From NCBI RefSeq assembly GCF_001194135.2, contig NC_068985.1:33908001-33972000 (forward strand): a stretch of 64,000 nucleotides of DNA, written 5' to 3'. Positions 47,804 to 63,052 of the stretch are shown piece by piece. The stretch is from Octopus bimaculoides (taxonomy: Eukaryota). Made by a program: the position numbers and the translations under genes. Numbering within the stretch: position 1 is the stretch's first letter; each line of letters opens with the position of its first letter. Under the pieces are notes generated by a model. The model saw only the letters and a program-made list of their open reading frames with translations. It was not told where the DNA came from and searched no databases.

Positions 47804-50800
47804 TTTCTGGCAAAATCTCTTATGAACAGAGTGTACTGTTTAGCACATTTCTGGCTAATTTAGTTGGCATTTCATTAAGATGTATAAATGATCATATCAT
47901 TTGCTATCATCTTTTTTGAGTTCTCAATAAATTATAAGTTGTTAATTGTTTTTTTTTTCTTCCTTCCATCCTTGTCCTTAACGTCTTGACAAGATGTTTT
48001 CAATACTTAAGTATAGTAGCTAGTTGTGAAACCAATAACATTTACTATATATTTTTCCATGTAGACTGCATTATTAGTTGGCTTCTTTTACCCTATTCCT
48101 CCTTCTCCAACCATGCCTGCCAGCCAACGAGACGGCAAATGGAAAAATGGGAGGGGGGACTTGCCTGCCAGTGCTTTCTTAATTTTTAAATTTTCGTCAT
48201 AACTTTCATCACAGATAACATAGCTTTTTGCTACCTTTTCATTGTTTACAGAATACAATATCATCACTTGTTTTTCTTTTGTTTTTGTCATCCACCTATA
48301 AGTAAATACCTTGTAGGTTTTGCTAGGGATAGGGTAGTATCCCTTTGACTACTTTCAATCGCACAACACGTTGTGCTATCTAAAGTTGGTGACCCATTGC
48401 CAATTCACTTGACCCCTTTTGCATCTGTATTTTACAGGTGTTACTTTTAAATTTTCTCTTAACCTTTTACGGTGGTTTGAGGGTCATATATTTTTTAATT
48501 GCAAGTGTTTAGACGGGATGTTTTTCTTTATTGGTTACTTTAAAGAAAGATTTTAAAAAATTTAACTTTTTTTTAGCATAGTATTGAAAACGTCATGAGT
48601 GATGGGAATCCTGATTTCTATGTTTTGTCCCCCTCCTTCCCAGCCTTCTGTATGAGGAGAGCCCCTTGTTGGTCTTGCCACTGAGGACTGTATACAAAGT
48701 TTTAAATAGATTGAATGGCTTATGTATGTGGCAACGAACTTGCAAAAAATAAATCCTCCTTCATACTTCCTGATGGTGAATAAATGGTTTCATGTGTACC
48801 ACAAAATGTCTTGTTCTTCATGTTACTGTTGTGGCTTTTTTTTTTTAATTCTTTTTTTCTTTCAGCTAAATTGCTTTGTTACTATGTGGTTTGAAGCAAA
48901 CTGCATGGGTTCGTGAATTGTAGAAGCACTTGTATTTTTGTGGAGCAGTCATGTGTGCCCATGAAAGTAGTCTTACTGGCTAGTATAGTTTTACTGATGT
49001 GTGTACAGAGCCAAGTTCAAGAGGCAGCCATCTGTTGCCAGTCTGGTGTCAACTAAACTGTTAAATTCGTTAATGCTTAATGTGCAACTTGGTAAATTGT
49101 ACGTGTTTTGGGGGCTGCGTTTTCTTCAGGAAACCAGCGGTTTATCAGCTTTAGGAATATCTAGAGGTATGCTTAGTATACACTTTAGGTACAATTCCAC
49201 GTGTAAGGTGGGTACGTCAACTATCATATCTGGTACAACTAGGAATTGCTGCAAGGGTACCTGACAAGAGCCTTATGTTGTTTTTGTGTGTCGTTGATTT
49301 ATTGGTCACTAGATATGTATCAGATTGGTTCCTGTCCTCAGCAACAGATAGTACTTTCTGCTCAAGTCATGAAAGGGTATTTTGCAGGTTGCATTTGTTT
49401 GATTCATGTTGTGCCTACTTTAATGGTCTGAATTATTTGTTTGGAACTGGCGCTCATGCGTTATTTCGCTAGATGCCCTTCCTATGCCAACCACTTGATA
49501 AATTATTGGGTGGAGCATTTTCTTACATTACTGGACAAGGTGTTTTCGATATGATCAGGGTAAAAGGACCTCTCAACACTACCCTTAGTTTGCTGGTTTG
49601 CCAACCTGTTTATATGTGCTGAGTGCATTTTTTAGGTAACTGTTCTTTATATAGACCAAGCAGAGTAACAAGGCCAGAAACTGGAAAGGCTTGTGTATTT
49701 TTCAGATAAAATTACAATAACAGGTAAACAAAAGTGAAGGTGGGTGATGAAATAAGGTGCAGTGTTAATTTACTTATTTTAAGACCTTGTCTTTCAGATA
49801 AATTCACACAAGCTACATTTTTTTTTTTTGAGCAGATTATATTAGTTTTTGCATATATAGCATTAACGTGTATGTTTTTTTCATTTTAACTAAAATATTA
49901 GGTAATGTGGTTGTACTTTTTATGCACAATGTTTGTTACCATCTTCCCATTTTCATAAACCAGTAAGGGAACAAGAAAGTCCCTCCAGGTACAATAACTT
50001 GCATGCAATGAATATGGTTGGAATTTTCTGAAGACATTTCATTTCAAAGACACAAACTACAGGGATTTTTTTGGACATGTAAATTCAGTGTAGAATATAG
50101 ACCAGAAGTATAACATGCAATATAGGGAAGTATACCTATATGTGCTACGTTCCACACAGTTGTATACACTTATTAAAAAAGGCCTATTTGCTCATTAGTA
50201 CTGCATCACTTTTCAGACCTGTTATGTTAATAGTTATCTGGGAAGATGTAGAACTTAATGATACAAATGTAGCAGATCAAAGTAAAGATCCTGAACAGTG
50301 ACTTACATTAGAGGATTATTGTTTTTCATACATCTTATTCTTCAGTTTTTATGTTCTAGTTTTCCTCTTACCTGAATCAGTAGGGATTATATATATTCTC
50401 ACTTCTTTGCTTACATTTAATCTACTTATTGCTAATATCAATAAGCCTTCTGTCTGTGCACCAATTCTTAATTATGAGGTTGTTTTAAGGTCATTTCGAA
50501 CTATGACTACACTCCAGTGGCTGCCTAGTGAATGTACCTGACAACTGATTGAAGGTCTAAAACTTGCATTAGGCGGTTCTTGAAATAAAACATTGACCAG
50601 TTGCCTCTAAAATTAGGTAGAGGTCCTGTTTCATTGTTGCAAAAAAGTCTTTACAAATTCTTGCTTTATTTCATACAAATGAAACATGTGCAGATATGGA
50701 AGACATGACTGGTGTATAAACCCATTGTTTGTTGCCAGGTTTACATTGCTGACATGGAATTGTTTGCATTTGTAAATAAGCTACACATATTTCTAAACTA

Positions 50801-52334
50801 TGAATTAAACATGTTTTAATTGAATATTCTTATTCATGGCTATTTTACCAATGTGATTTTCCAATGTTTTGTAGCTTGTCTCGAGGAATATAAAGTTAGT
50901 TATTTGATGTAGATATACACTGCTCAAGAGGTTTTATACCCATATCAACCAAGTTTTTTTGCAATATTTAAATTTAGTATATAACATTAAAATGAATTGG
51001 GATATACAGTAAGGCCAATTAGTTTTGTTGGTTACATTATGATTGAAATAACTTAACCATCCTGGAGTGAGGCCATTCCACCTTCATTTGTAAAAATTTC
51101 GTATGTTAATTGTCCCTGCATGTGTGTATTGTCCTATCTATGTTAGCCCCTTGTGGGTAATTAGAAATCAGTTTTGTTGGTCACATTACCTGGTTTTTCC
51201 CTTTTGGTCATGTAGTGTCACTCATTCAGTTTCTCAATCTTTTTTTTTTATAAAAGAAGCAACATCACTAGTGGTCAATTGTCACACTTCCTTTTCTAGA
51301 CCAATAGAAACTCATTCTTAATACATTTTATTATACAGAGTATACATTACACTTCCTATGCAAAGGGATACATGGATTGATTTAGTGCATTGAAAGCACT
51401 TGGGTGTTATATCTGGACGTTTTCTGACTCAGTACATTTGTAAACCTTATTTGGTGCAGTTTTGAACTAGTGCTGAAATTCTGCGTAATCCAATTACAAC
51501 ATAGTGTCCCCAAAACAAAGTTTGATCATTACTATATTTTAATGAAAAGAATGTGTTCAATTAGAGCAATTGCACATAAATAAATTTCATATATGAGAGA
51601 AGGTTATATCTGCCAGTGACACGTGAAAGACGTCCAGTACACTATGGAGCAGTCGGCATAAAGGGCATCCAACTGTAGAAACCAAGGTAGGGAGTTTAAT
51701 GCGGCTTAACCAGTTTTGGTTGAATATGTAAATATGCGTATTTGAATTGGTCAGAGTTAGACTCTTACTCATTCTCTAGCTAACTTGCATAAGAGATGGA
51801 AATGTTACCTGTGATATCCTGTATTGGAAGAGATTTGCTTAATGCTAATGAGCTTATATGACTAAGCAATTTATTTCATTGAAGTATATTTTATATTCAG
51901 AATCACCCTTTTAAAATATATTTTTGCTACTTTAATGGTTTGATCTGGCCAAAATATTTCTTCATGTTCAAACTGATCAGATCCAACACCTACTCTACAA
52001 TTTTATTCTAAAAAAATATAGTCATACAACTGAAATCTCAAAAGCTACAAGATAAAGCAGGATAAATTAAAAACAATGTGGACAAATAAGCGTTATATTC
52101 GTTAGAATACTCTGAATGCTATAGGTTTTAAGTCATTTTCAGTGGCAGGACCTTCTTAAATTTGTAATTGTTCATTCTTGATTTTCTTTTTATTGTATTG
52201 CTAGACTGGATGAATTGGTGTCAGCCTGTACAGAAAGAATAAATTTCTAAATTTTGAGTTATTGTATTATGTGTGTGTGTATATATATATTATAAGGTAA
52301 TAGAAATAAAGTATGTAACATAACAATTGCAATA

Positions 52335-52600
52335 TCATCATCATCATGGCTTAACATCCGCCTTCCATGCTGGCATGGGTAGGACTGACAGGAGTTGGAC
52401 ATGCAGAAGCCAGCACCAGACTTCTGTGATTGTTTTGGCAGGATTTTTACAGTTGCATATTCTTCCTAATGCCAACCACTTGGCAGAGTGAACTGAGTGC
52501 TTTTTGTGGCACAAGCACAAGTGGGGTCAGTTTTGGCAAGATTTTTACAGCTGGATGCCCTTCCAACCACTTTACTATGTGGACTGGGTGCTTTTTAAGT
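52335..52600 (-). mobile_element. SINE family C, diverged
   Basis: catcatcatcatggcttaacatccgccttccatgctggcatggg... Confidence 0.65.
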
Positions 52601-53195
52601 GACAGCATCACCAAGCACTTGCAAGATAAAAAGATCTCTGAGAGGGGAGGAGGTGATCTTATATCAGATGATGAAAGGTTATAGTGAGACAAACAGGTGT
52701 CTTGCTGTAGAGGAGGTACAAGGTTATCCTGCCGAGTGATATTTTGATTTTTGTAAATCATCAGATGCTATGGATATGAAACTTAAAGAAATTACAGCAA
52801 GCATTAAATTTGGGGAGACTGAATAATTTACAATCAAAGTTAAGGTTGTATACTTCCTCTTGTTACATGTACAGTGAAAAATAGGATTTGGTGAGATGGA
52901 ATGAATTAAGTATAACAGGCAGTTAATAATTTGAGACATATGGACAACACATTCTAGATGGCAGAAAGTGGAGAGTGTCTGGAAAAGGAAATGCTAAAAG
53001 AAGAAACTAATCATCAAAAAACATGAATTTCAAATTTAAAGGAATTTATGATTAGAGACCTGACAGTGGAAGATTTGGATGGGTTAAAATCAGTGATGCT
53101 GATGCAGGAGCTGGGCTTTTAACAAACAAGAAAGGAAATGCATTCAAAATATGGAGCCAGAAAAGAATATTGAGAATATTATGAACAAAAATATA

Positions 53196-53567
53196 GGCGT
53201 GGGAGTGACTGTGTGGTAAGTAGCTTGCTTACCAACCACATGGTTCTGGGTTCAGTCCCACTGCGTGGCACCTTGGACAAGTGTCTTCTATAGCCTCGGG
53301 CCGACCAAAGCCTTGTGAGTGGATTTGGTAGACGGAAACTGAAAGAAGCCCGTTATATGTTTGTGTGTCTGTGCTTGTCCCCCCAACATTGCTTGACAAT
53401 CGATGCTGGTGTGTTTACGTCCTTGTAACCTAGCGGTTTGGCAAAAAAGACCGATAGAATAAGTACTAGGCTTCCAAAGAATAAGTCTTGGGGTCGATTT
53501 GCTTGACTAAATGCGGTGCTCCAGCATGGCTGCAGTCAAATGACTGAAACAAGTGAAAGAATAAAAA
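53196..53567 (+). mobile_element. tRNA-derived SINE family A, near full length
   Basis: ggcgtgggagtgactgtgtggtaag...gggttcagtccc head and gaaagaataa tail; several other copies in the window. Confidence 0.85.
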
Positions 53568-56399
53568 AAAGCATAGTTGCTGCATTGAATGAAACCTAAA
53601 AGTACTTTGGAACCATAGATTGTCAGAAGCAGGACTGATGTGAAGGAAGCAAGTGGGATGACATCTGAATTGACTCCACATGTGTGTTGAAATAGGCAGA
53701 AGTAGAGACTGGATATCCTAAGATCGTTAGAAGTCAAAACACAATTTGCTGACACAAGTGATATGAATAATCTCTATCAAATTTGTTTTGAAATATTTTT
53801 GAAGGGGGTGGGGAGCTCATCAGATTATTTCTAATCAATCATCTGTTACTAATAGTCTTTTACCCTGAATTATCCTAGTCAGTTATATCAAATTGCACAT
53901 TCCATATTAATTTTTGTTTCAAATATCATAGACCATTGATTTTTATTTCACAGTTTTCTTAATTGAAATTAACTGGCATAGATACTTACTATCTCTCTAA
54001 CACCCCTCCCCTACTTTTTTGTTCCCTATATGCATATTTTCTCTCACAGTGTTTATTGGCTTTTTTCATTTCCTTTTTATCATGGCCCGAATATTATGAT
54101 TAGCATCCAACAATATTTATGCTTTCAGGATATATATATATAAGTATGTATATAAATGAGTTTCGTGGTTCTGGTAGTTTATTGATATAATCAGTTTAAT
54201 TTGTGAGAGTTGTTTTAAAAGATTGAGGACATGTAGTCTGGACTGTGAAAAAGAGTTGCACAAAAATTCTAGATTTGTAAATGTTACTTATCTTTTATAC
54301 TGATTTAAAACAAAAGAAAACACAACATCAACATCAAACTTAAGTATTTATGTTATTAATTTCTATACTCTCAATCAAATATGTGAAGTTGCAGAAACCC
54401 TGTTATTTCTTTCTGATTGAGTAGATATATGATCGGAGCTATTCTAGCCATTTAGAACTAGATTTTAAAATGTGTACTTTTATTACTTAAAATGATAGAG
54501 GCAAAGTGGCTGAGTTTCTTTTAAGTGTTGGGCCTCATGGAGGCAATGACCAAGACCTTTAACATTACGTCATGCTTGAGAAGATCCATTAAGCTGAGCA
54601 AAATCGCAGTTGTGGAAGATACTGATGTCATGCAAATGGCACCCATGCTGATGGCATGTAAAAGCACCCATTACTCATCCAGCCATAGATAACCATGCCA
54701 AATCAGACTGCAGCCTTCCAGCGTGCCAGCCCAATCAAACCGTCCAACCCATGCCAGCATGACCAATAGACGTTATATGATGATGATTTGAGGGATATTT
54801 GAATGTAGATAGAATGAATGTGTAAAAGGTTCATTCAGCAAAATCTTGAATATTGTTATAAGTTTCATTCTAGCAGTGAATAGGCAGAAACAGGCTTGTA
54901 TAACTGCTTGCAGTTTTTGTTCTAGCTCCACATTCAGATCCTATCAAGGCTAACTTTGCCTTTTATCCTTTTTGGGATCTGTAAAGTACTGGGTTCTTCT
55001 CTATATCTCTGAATTCACCATCGTCCGTTTCCCATGCTGGCATGGGTTGGACAGTTTGACTTCTGGGAGCCATGCTATATTCTTAATATGGTACAAGATG
55101 AGCTTTGTAAGCAAAGCTTTAACTGAATTATGAAGCTGCATTACTATGTAGTCACAGTTTCAAATCAACTTATCAGTAATTTATATCAAAATGTATTAGT
55201 TACTGCAGTTAGTTGACTTTTTCTCATGTAAAAATATTTAAAAACTTGTGTTTAAAATGTTACTAAGGAAAAATTCTGTATTAAGAATAATATTTATTAT
55301 TCCATTTATCTTTAATGCCACAAATCATTGAATTTAACTTTTGCCTGTCTTGTGTATCACATGATGCACAGTACTGACATCCAATATATCACATTACCAA
55401 TTTTTTTCAATCATCTGAGTAACTTGGGACTTAGGAAAGCATTATATTGCTGAGAACAAAGGCTAACTAAAAGTCTGAAAACAAGTGTGGCTGTTTAGGA
55501 CAGAGCTATGAAAATGCTTTGGATTGGTAAAGGGTTAAAAAGAAACCCAAAGTTTACAAACAAGTGCTGGTTCTTCTTATTTCTAATAAGACGTCTGAAT
55601 GGAATGAATATTTATTAAAGAAACTTTGATTTTGTTATATTCAATGTATAATTTTTAAATTTAGTATTGAATAAGAAGACCATTAAAGGTTGTTAGTTAT
55701 ACATACAAAAGGCTTTCTGCACAGTTTGTGTCTATCAAATTCAACTCCCATTGTTATAGGTCAGCCTGGGGCTATGTTAGAAGACACCTTTGCTGTATAG
55801 TGGGGTCGAATCCAGAATTATTGGTTGCAAACTGACCTTCATAACCACTAATTCATGCCTATAAATTTGTATTTATTAAGACCTGTGAATAATATGTGAA
55901 TCAAGATGCAATTTGTGGAGATTAAGGTTCTCTGGCTTAAAGTATGCTTTTAAGTATATTTTTAAACAATTTTTTTCCCGCTTTTTCTATTTTCAGCAAT
56001 AAGGAAATTCCCTTAAATAGGCTTAAATATTTAGGATAGAAATCAAAGTGACAATATTCAAAATAAAAATGATCTTAATCTAATTCAGTTACAAACTCTT
56101 GAAAAATATTTTTTTAGGTTTCTTTATCTATCATACTTAAAAATCTGTCCCACAATATACTAACTTCCAGATATTATAGTTAGTGAAAATTATTATGTTA
56201 GGCAGCAATGTACAGCTAACATTTAGATTTATTACTGCTGTGAATGTGAGCTCTTTAAAGCCTTTGTGGCTAAGAGCTTAGTTCGTAAAATAAATGAAAA
56301 TATCTATGGTCAGATGTGTATTGTATAATTTAGTTACAACTTATTTAAAAAAAAAAAGAACTTATTCGATTACCTTGACCCTGATATAAATGGGTGTAA

Positions 56400-57435
56400 A
56401 AATACTCTGTTGCCTACAACAACTGAGTTCATTATTGTATTGAATATCAAAAGAGAAACTATTTGAGTAGAGAAAAAGGAAGGAAAGACAGCAGATACTT
56501 TGAACTGGGTGATTGGGAGTGAAAGACTGGGAAAAAAAAATGCAGAAAGAAAATAAAGCAAAAATGTAAGAGAGAGAAGTGAAAAGAAAGCAAAAATAAA
56601 TGAAGTTCTCTACTGCTGTTATCTGTGCTTGTCTCTGAAGTTAAAAATGAGTGAGTCATCAGCAAATGTGAGGAAGTGAGTCTGAGTGTCAGAATGGAGA
56701 AGAGAAATGATTGTAGGAACTGAGTAAGAGTAACGCTAAAGCAAAGATGACAGAGGTGGTAGTAATGAAACAGAAATATCTGAAATGGTAGATGTGGGTG
56801 CATTAAGCTATGAAGACAGAGTTATGTAATAGAAGCTAAAGTTTGGTTGGTGGCAATGATGTCAAAGAAAGGGAAAGTAAGCCTGTGACTTGACCATAGA
56901 ATTAAATGCAGAACATGATCCAAGTCATCTCAACTTCTGTCAATGATCAACAAAACATTACTCATTTCTACACTGGGGAATTTCACTGTGGAATTTCATG
57001 TGCATAATTCTGTCCACTAACCTATTTTCTAAACCCTCTCCTTACTCATATCCTTTCTCATTTAATAAACTCTCCCTTTTATTCTCTGCTGATTTTTCTT
57101 CAATTACCCTATTATTCTCTCCTCCCATCTCTTTCTCTTACCCAATTATTCTGTCTCTTAATTTCACTATGTTCTTTCTTTTTACCTATACAACACCAAA
57201 ATAATAATCCACAATAGTTTTCAAACCAACAGGCTCACTGTCCTCTTAACTACTGACTCTCTATCCTTTTTGTTTATATAATACACACACACACACATAC
57301 ACATGCTTTCATGCACTCTCAGCTATCTTTTATATAGACAAACTCTCCTATCTGTCCTTCCCATTATACATCCAGTGATTCATTCTTTGTTTAAAGACTT
57401 ACTGTTCCTTTCTTGCCTTTCTTTAAAAATACCCC

Positions 57436-57478
<43 letters not shown>

Positions 57479-58800
57479 GCATACACACTCGTATATATAC
57501 GTGCGCCTTTAAACACACTAACTGTCCTCTTTTGCTGTTATCTTCATATACCAACTACTTACTCCATGTCCTCTTCACTTCCTACTTTTCTATCCTTCTC
57601 ATCATACTGTTTCTTTGTCATTTTTGCTATACTCTCTGTGTATGTGTGTGTGTGTAAATATATATATATATATATATATATCATTCCATATCCATGTAAT
57701 GTAGACATTCCCTTTATCTACAAACTCTTTGTATATCTTTCTCGTCCCTGTCCACTTCATTTAGACACTCATATCATTTTTATATATATCTTACTCGTGC
57801 CCATCCTAGTTATATACTTAGTTTTCATCTCCTCTCATATTCTTTATATAAATTTGGTGTCTTTCTCTTTATTTACAGAAAACACAACCTCTCACTTAAT
57901 CTTTTTTTGTAGCAAAAGCTTGTCACTTTATTTGCTTTCTCTTTAGCTATTTTATTTACTGACACATTCTTTATGTAAAAATACACATGCATACACAAAC
58001 ATCAGTGTGTATGTATAGATATATAGATGATAGATAGATATAATGTATATATCTATGCACATGTATATATACTGAAAACAGCCTTCTCTTTCTTTTCTCC
58101 TTCTAGAAGCCAATTCATTTTCTACCTTTCTCTGTACATATATCTACTAGCATTCTTTCATTGTCAGGCTTTAACTCTCTTCCCATCACCACATTCATAC
58201 TGAATGAAGAAAATACACACACACAAGTATATCCCCCATCCCTTCACTATATAGATCTACTGACACTGTCTTTCAGTTTCATTAATTCTTTCTTTCTCCT
58301 TCCATCTTTGTGTGTGTCTCTCTCTCTTTCTCTTCCTTATCACTTACTTCGCCACCACAACTGTTCTTTCTCTCTGTCTCTTCTCCCCTTCCTCTGTCTT
58401 AGGTACAATATAATTCTTTTCACAGATCTATTAACATAAATTGTGTGTAAGTTCACATGCGTACACGCTGTCTCTTTTCACATAGCTTTCTCTTCTTTTT
58501 CTTTTACCCTTCTCGCACTTACTCATTTTCTTTTCTTTTCCGAATTACTGATTCTTTTTCACTTACACTGCCCCTCTCTTTTTCGTTCTCCCTTTCTTGT
58601 CCTTCTTTCCTCTCTGATCCTTCAGTCATTCTTAATTTTATTCTTTCACTGCTCACATCAAATAAATCTCTCTTTCTTGCATTTATGTTCCATAACTCTA
58701 TCCTCACTTATGATTTCCCTTCTTTTTTTCTTCTTATATTAAGGTTTGTTTTCCTGTACTATATACATACACGCAAGAAAAGATTTGTGCACAGTGATGA
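56400..58800. repeat. Purine/pyrimidine-skewed low-complexity region with (CA)n, (TA)n and CT-rich tracts
   Basis: The track ORFs here are only L/S/F-rich translations of CT-rich DNA. Confidence 0.7.
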
Positions 58801-60929
58801 GACAGGATGAAAATTCTTTCAAAACCTGTAAGGCACGAACCGAAAGAATTTGAAAAATGAGAGAATAAGAGGGATTATAAGTAAAAACAAGTTATCAATG
58901 GGAGGATTGGGAAATTAAGCAGAATGAACATAAGGGAGAAAAAGAGAGGAAGAGAGAATAACCATATCCTTTTAAGCTCTCCACTTATCTTTACACACAT
59001 GAACAATCTCGACCAGTATATAGCTGTTTCTCCTGTGCTATCTACAGTAAACAGTTTAAAGCCCAGTCCTTCCTTACCTAGTTATTTTTGCCGAGGAGTA
59101 GGATACCAAATGCTTGATTTTTTTTTCCATTTCCAATGCAACAACCAAAATGCACGTCCAAGCACTTGTGCATAGAATACATGCATTTATAGTGTAAATT
59201 ATATAGCCATATTGTTTGTTTAATATGTGTATCAAGTCTTTATAATATTTCTTTGTTTTAGCAGAAGTTAAGGAAAAAAAACTACCATAAGCTGAATTTT
59301 GTCAAACACTTCATATATGATAAACGTGAAATTTATATTTTATTTGGTTTGCTTTATTCTTCTCAAACATGCTGTTTTTTTCAGTTTTCAGCTCAACCTA
59401 ACTAGATTTCAGCTGACACATTCACATATATTATAGAGCAATGTAAACAGTAGGTAGAGATGGATAGATATGTTATAAGAATCTCAGTAAAAAAACTAAT
59501 ATAAAAAAAAATTTTAAGCTGAGGCCACGATTTGACTGAAACTGTTTTTGTGTAAACATACTCAAAAAATAGAAAACAAACGAGAAATTTATGAATTGAA
59601 AAAATGACAAAGAAATATTTTTCTTGTTTGTTGTAGATTGATTTAAACGAAGAAATTTATAACAAAAACATTTTTTTTTGTAGTAAAATGTTTTAAAAAA
59701 TTGAGACAGGAATTAAACAGATTGATATTGTCACTGAATGCTATATCTGCACATTTGTTTATAATTGTGTAGCTAGCATGGTAGACATTGATACTGTTAT
59801 GTGTGGGTTGTTTGTCAGTTAGCTGCCTGAGCAAAATGCAGCTTTCTCTACGACTACTGATTTTCCTCTTTTCAGTTCTCTCATGTTTTTTAATTAATAA
59901 TGTTTAGTTTAGATTTCTTTTCTTCACTTTTTTCCCCCCCAAGTAATTTCTTTCACTTAATGATAGATAACCAACAAGTATGTATTCAACTGACATAGTA
60001 GGCAGCAACTTCCATGTGCTAAGATATTTTAAGTAATATGAATAAAATTACTGTAATAAAATAATGAAAAAAAAAAAAAATTAATTGATGCCTTTTGCAG
60101 AAGAAGTTTTAACTGTAAATGATCTTTCTGATTACGAAACAGGTCAAAATACAAGGTCAAAGAAACACAAGCAAGAGCATATGCATATATTATGCAAATC
60201 AATTACATAGTTGTCTCTATAAAGATGTATTAAATATAGACGAATATTAAAATGAATTGTTAATAGACTTGATATCTTTTGGCTGCCTTCCGCCAAAGAG
60301 CCTAATTAATTAATTATTTATGCCTGTAGAGATAAACTATGAGTATGAAATTATGAGAATACACACACACACATACAATATTTATCTATTAGGTATTTTA
60401 TAAATATGTTTTTGCACACACGTTTATCCATTAGGTATTTTATATTTGTGTGTGTGTACACACGCACAATATATATGTGAGTGTGTTGTATTTATAAATG
60501 TTTTTGCACACATTTATCTATTTAGGTGTTTTATATTTGTGTGTATATATCTATATGTGTGTGTGTCTGTATTACGATGCATTGGCACGATACAAGAATT
60601 ATATGGAATTATTAAATATTGTTCCTATTATAATAATAGTAATTCCCTTAGATCAATAAATCGATAAATGACACTACATGTAAATGCATGTGTGAAAGAG
60701 TGGCCAGAAAAACTTGAATTATATTTGTTTGAAGATTTATTCCATATTTTGTTGCAACAACAGCACTATTAAAATAAAATCTCTACATGTGTGTGTGTGT
60801 ATAATTCTTTTATACTTGTCAGTCCTAGGCTGCAGCCATGATGGGGGCACTGTCAGTGTAGCAACTTTTCAATGGCCATTCCTATGCAATTGGCTTTTGG
60901 CAAAGGAGGGAGTTCAACATAAATGCCTT

Positions 60930-62420
60930 TTGAGTTTCCTGCTGTGATGAAGGTTCATCTAGGACCTAAGACAACGGGAGGTCATGTTGTATTTTGAAAA
61001 CATCTACTCCTACTTCATGATGTTCCCTCAGATGTTTTTGGCAAGACATTAAATATCTGTAGGCCCTTGAACCCCAAGTTACTGCAATATATAATCTTCA
61101 TTCTAAATGGGATACCTAGGGCCTTTGGAACAGTGCAGTGACTGGTATAGCTCTCAATGCCAAAGTTTTGTGTCAATTCCTCCAGGATCTTCCATACATA
61201 TATCATTGCATACCTATCCCATCTTTATTCCAGGGAGTAGAATCATAGCTCAATCTCTCCCAGTGGCTTAACTATTCCATTGATGTAATCTTCCTGGTGT
61301 AGCACTGCTGAACTACCTCAAGTTCCACTATAAATTTCACACTCTAGGGTAACCACAGTAAAGAGTAGTAGACCACACTGCTGAGTACAAATGACCTCCA
61401 GAGAACCAGCATAGTTTCTTAGTTATTTGCTTGCACATTGCCACCATTTTGGTGATATGTATGTGAAACAAAGCATCATTGCTCATATCAGTCCCCAGAT
61501 CACACACTGTCTGTGACTCTGGGATTGCTGCTCCTTTTGGTTCAAAGTATCATTGTTGTGGCATGTGAACACCAGCTAGCTCATAGCGAAGGGCTTGGAA
61601 TTTCCCTCCATAAAATTGCATGTTGTTTTCTTCAGCCCATCTATCTATAGCATCTAACTCTTCTGTAGAAGATTAGCATCAAACAGTTCCTTGACTACTT
61701 GTACTATTTTTTGTGTCATTGGTATGGCTGGTAAGTGTGCCTGTCTGTGTAACTGATGGTATATCTGAAAGAGATACCATAAACAGCAGTGACCCCAAAA
61801 TAGTTCTCTGAGGTGCTGCACTCTCTATTACTGTCTCCTTGGAGAGGACTTCATTGGCTGTCACAGCCTGGCTTCTGTCTTTTAAGAAGTCATACACCCA
61901 CTCTCCCTGTTTTCCGACTATGCTGAGTCTCTGTAGCCAGTGAAATATCATCCCATTGAACAACCTTATCAAAGGCCTTTGCAAAATCAAAATATATCAC
62001 ATCTATGCTTGAGTGATTCATTAACTGTTTCAACACCCTGTCATAATGCTGCAAAAGCTGTAAGGCAGCTTCTTCCTGAGCAGAAGCCATGCTGGGTGTC
62101 AGGAAGCAAGTCATTATCTTCAAGGAATGCAGACAGTTTCCTCCTGACAATGCATTCCATGATTTTGCTGCCATGAGAGATTAGAGACACAAGTCTATGA
62201 TTTTTAGCATCTGCTCTGCTACTTCCTTTATGGGTAGAACGTATGCCTTAACTTTTTAGGAAGTCTCCCAGTTGCAAGGAAGCTCTGAAAGAGAATCTAT
62301 AGTGGTCTTGCTAGAGTCCTTTTCATTTCTTTAGGATTGCTGAGAATCCCTCAGGGCCTGTGGCTGAGTTTGAGCTCATTTCATCAATGGCTGATATTAC
62401 ATTTGTTTCTTTTATTTTGA
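60930..62420 (-). mobile_element. Decayed CR1-group LINE RT region
   Basis: Track ORFs contain IDVIYFDFAKAFDKV and APQRTILGSLLF, followed by a degenerate xxDDTK motif. Confidence 0.85.
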
Positions 62421-62535
62421 TGATATCACTAATTACCATATATATATATCATCATCATCATCATCGTCGTTTAACGTCCGCTTTCCATGCTAGCATGGGT
62501 TGATATAAATATATATATATATGTGTGTGTGTGTG

Positions 62536-62923
62536 TGGAGGCGCAATGGCCCAGTGGTTAGGGCAGCAGACTCGTGGTCATACGATCGCAGTTTCGATTC
62601 CCAGACCGGACGTTGTGAGTGTTTATTGAGCGAAAACACCTAAAAGCTCCACGAGGCTCCAGCAGGGGATGGTGGCAAACCCTGCTGTACTCTTCCACCA
62701 CAACTTTCTCTCACTCTTACTTCCTGTTTCTGTTGTGCCTGTAATTCAAAGGGTCAGCCTTGTCACACTGTGTCACACTGAATATCCCCGAGAACTACAT
62801 TAAGGGTACTCGTGTCTGTGGAGTGCTCAGCCACTTGCACATTAATTTCACGAGCAGGCTGTTCTGTTGATCGGATCAACTGGAACCCTCAACGTCGTAA
62901 GCGACTGAGTGCCAACAACAACA

Positions 62924-62924
<1 letters not shown>
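62536..62924 (+). mobile_element. tRNA-derived SINE family D, full length
   Basis: A/B-box head and (caa)n tail; matches 4439-4764. Confidence 0.85.
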
Positions 62925-62975
<51 letters not shown>

Positions 62976-63052
62976 ATAATATATAATATGTATGTATATA
63001 ATATATATGTCTGTAAGTATATAATATGCATATGTGTATGTATGTATATGTA

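Noticed and set aside
56370-58810. Cluster of 60-180 aa hydrophobic ORFs
   Set aside because: Translations of CT-rich and microsatellite low-complexity DNA.
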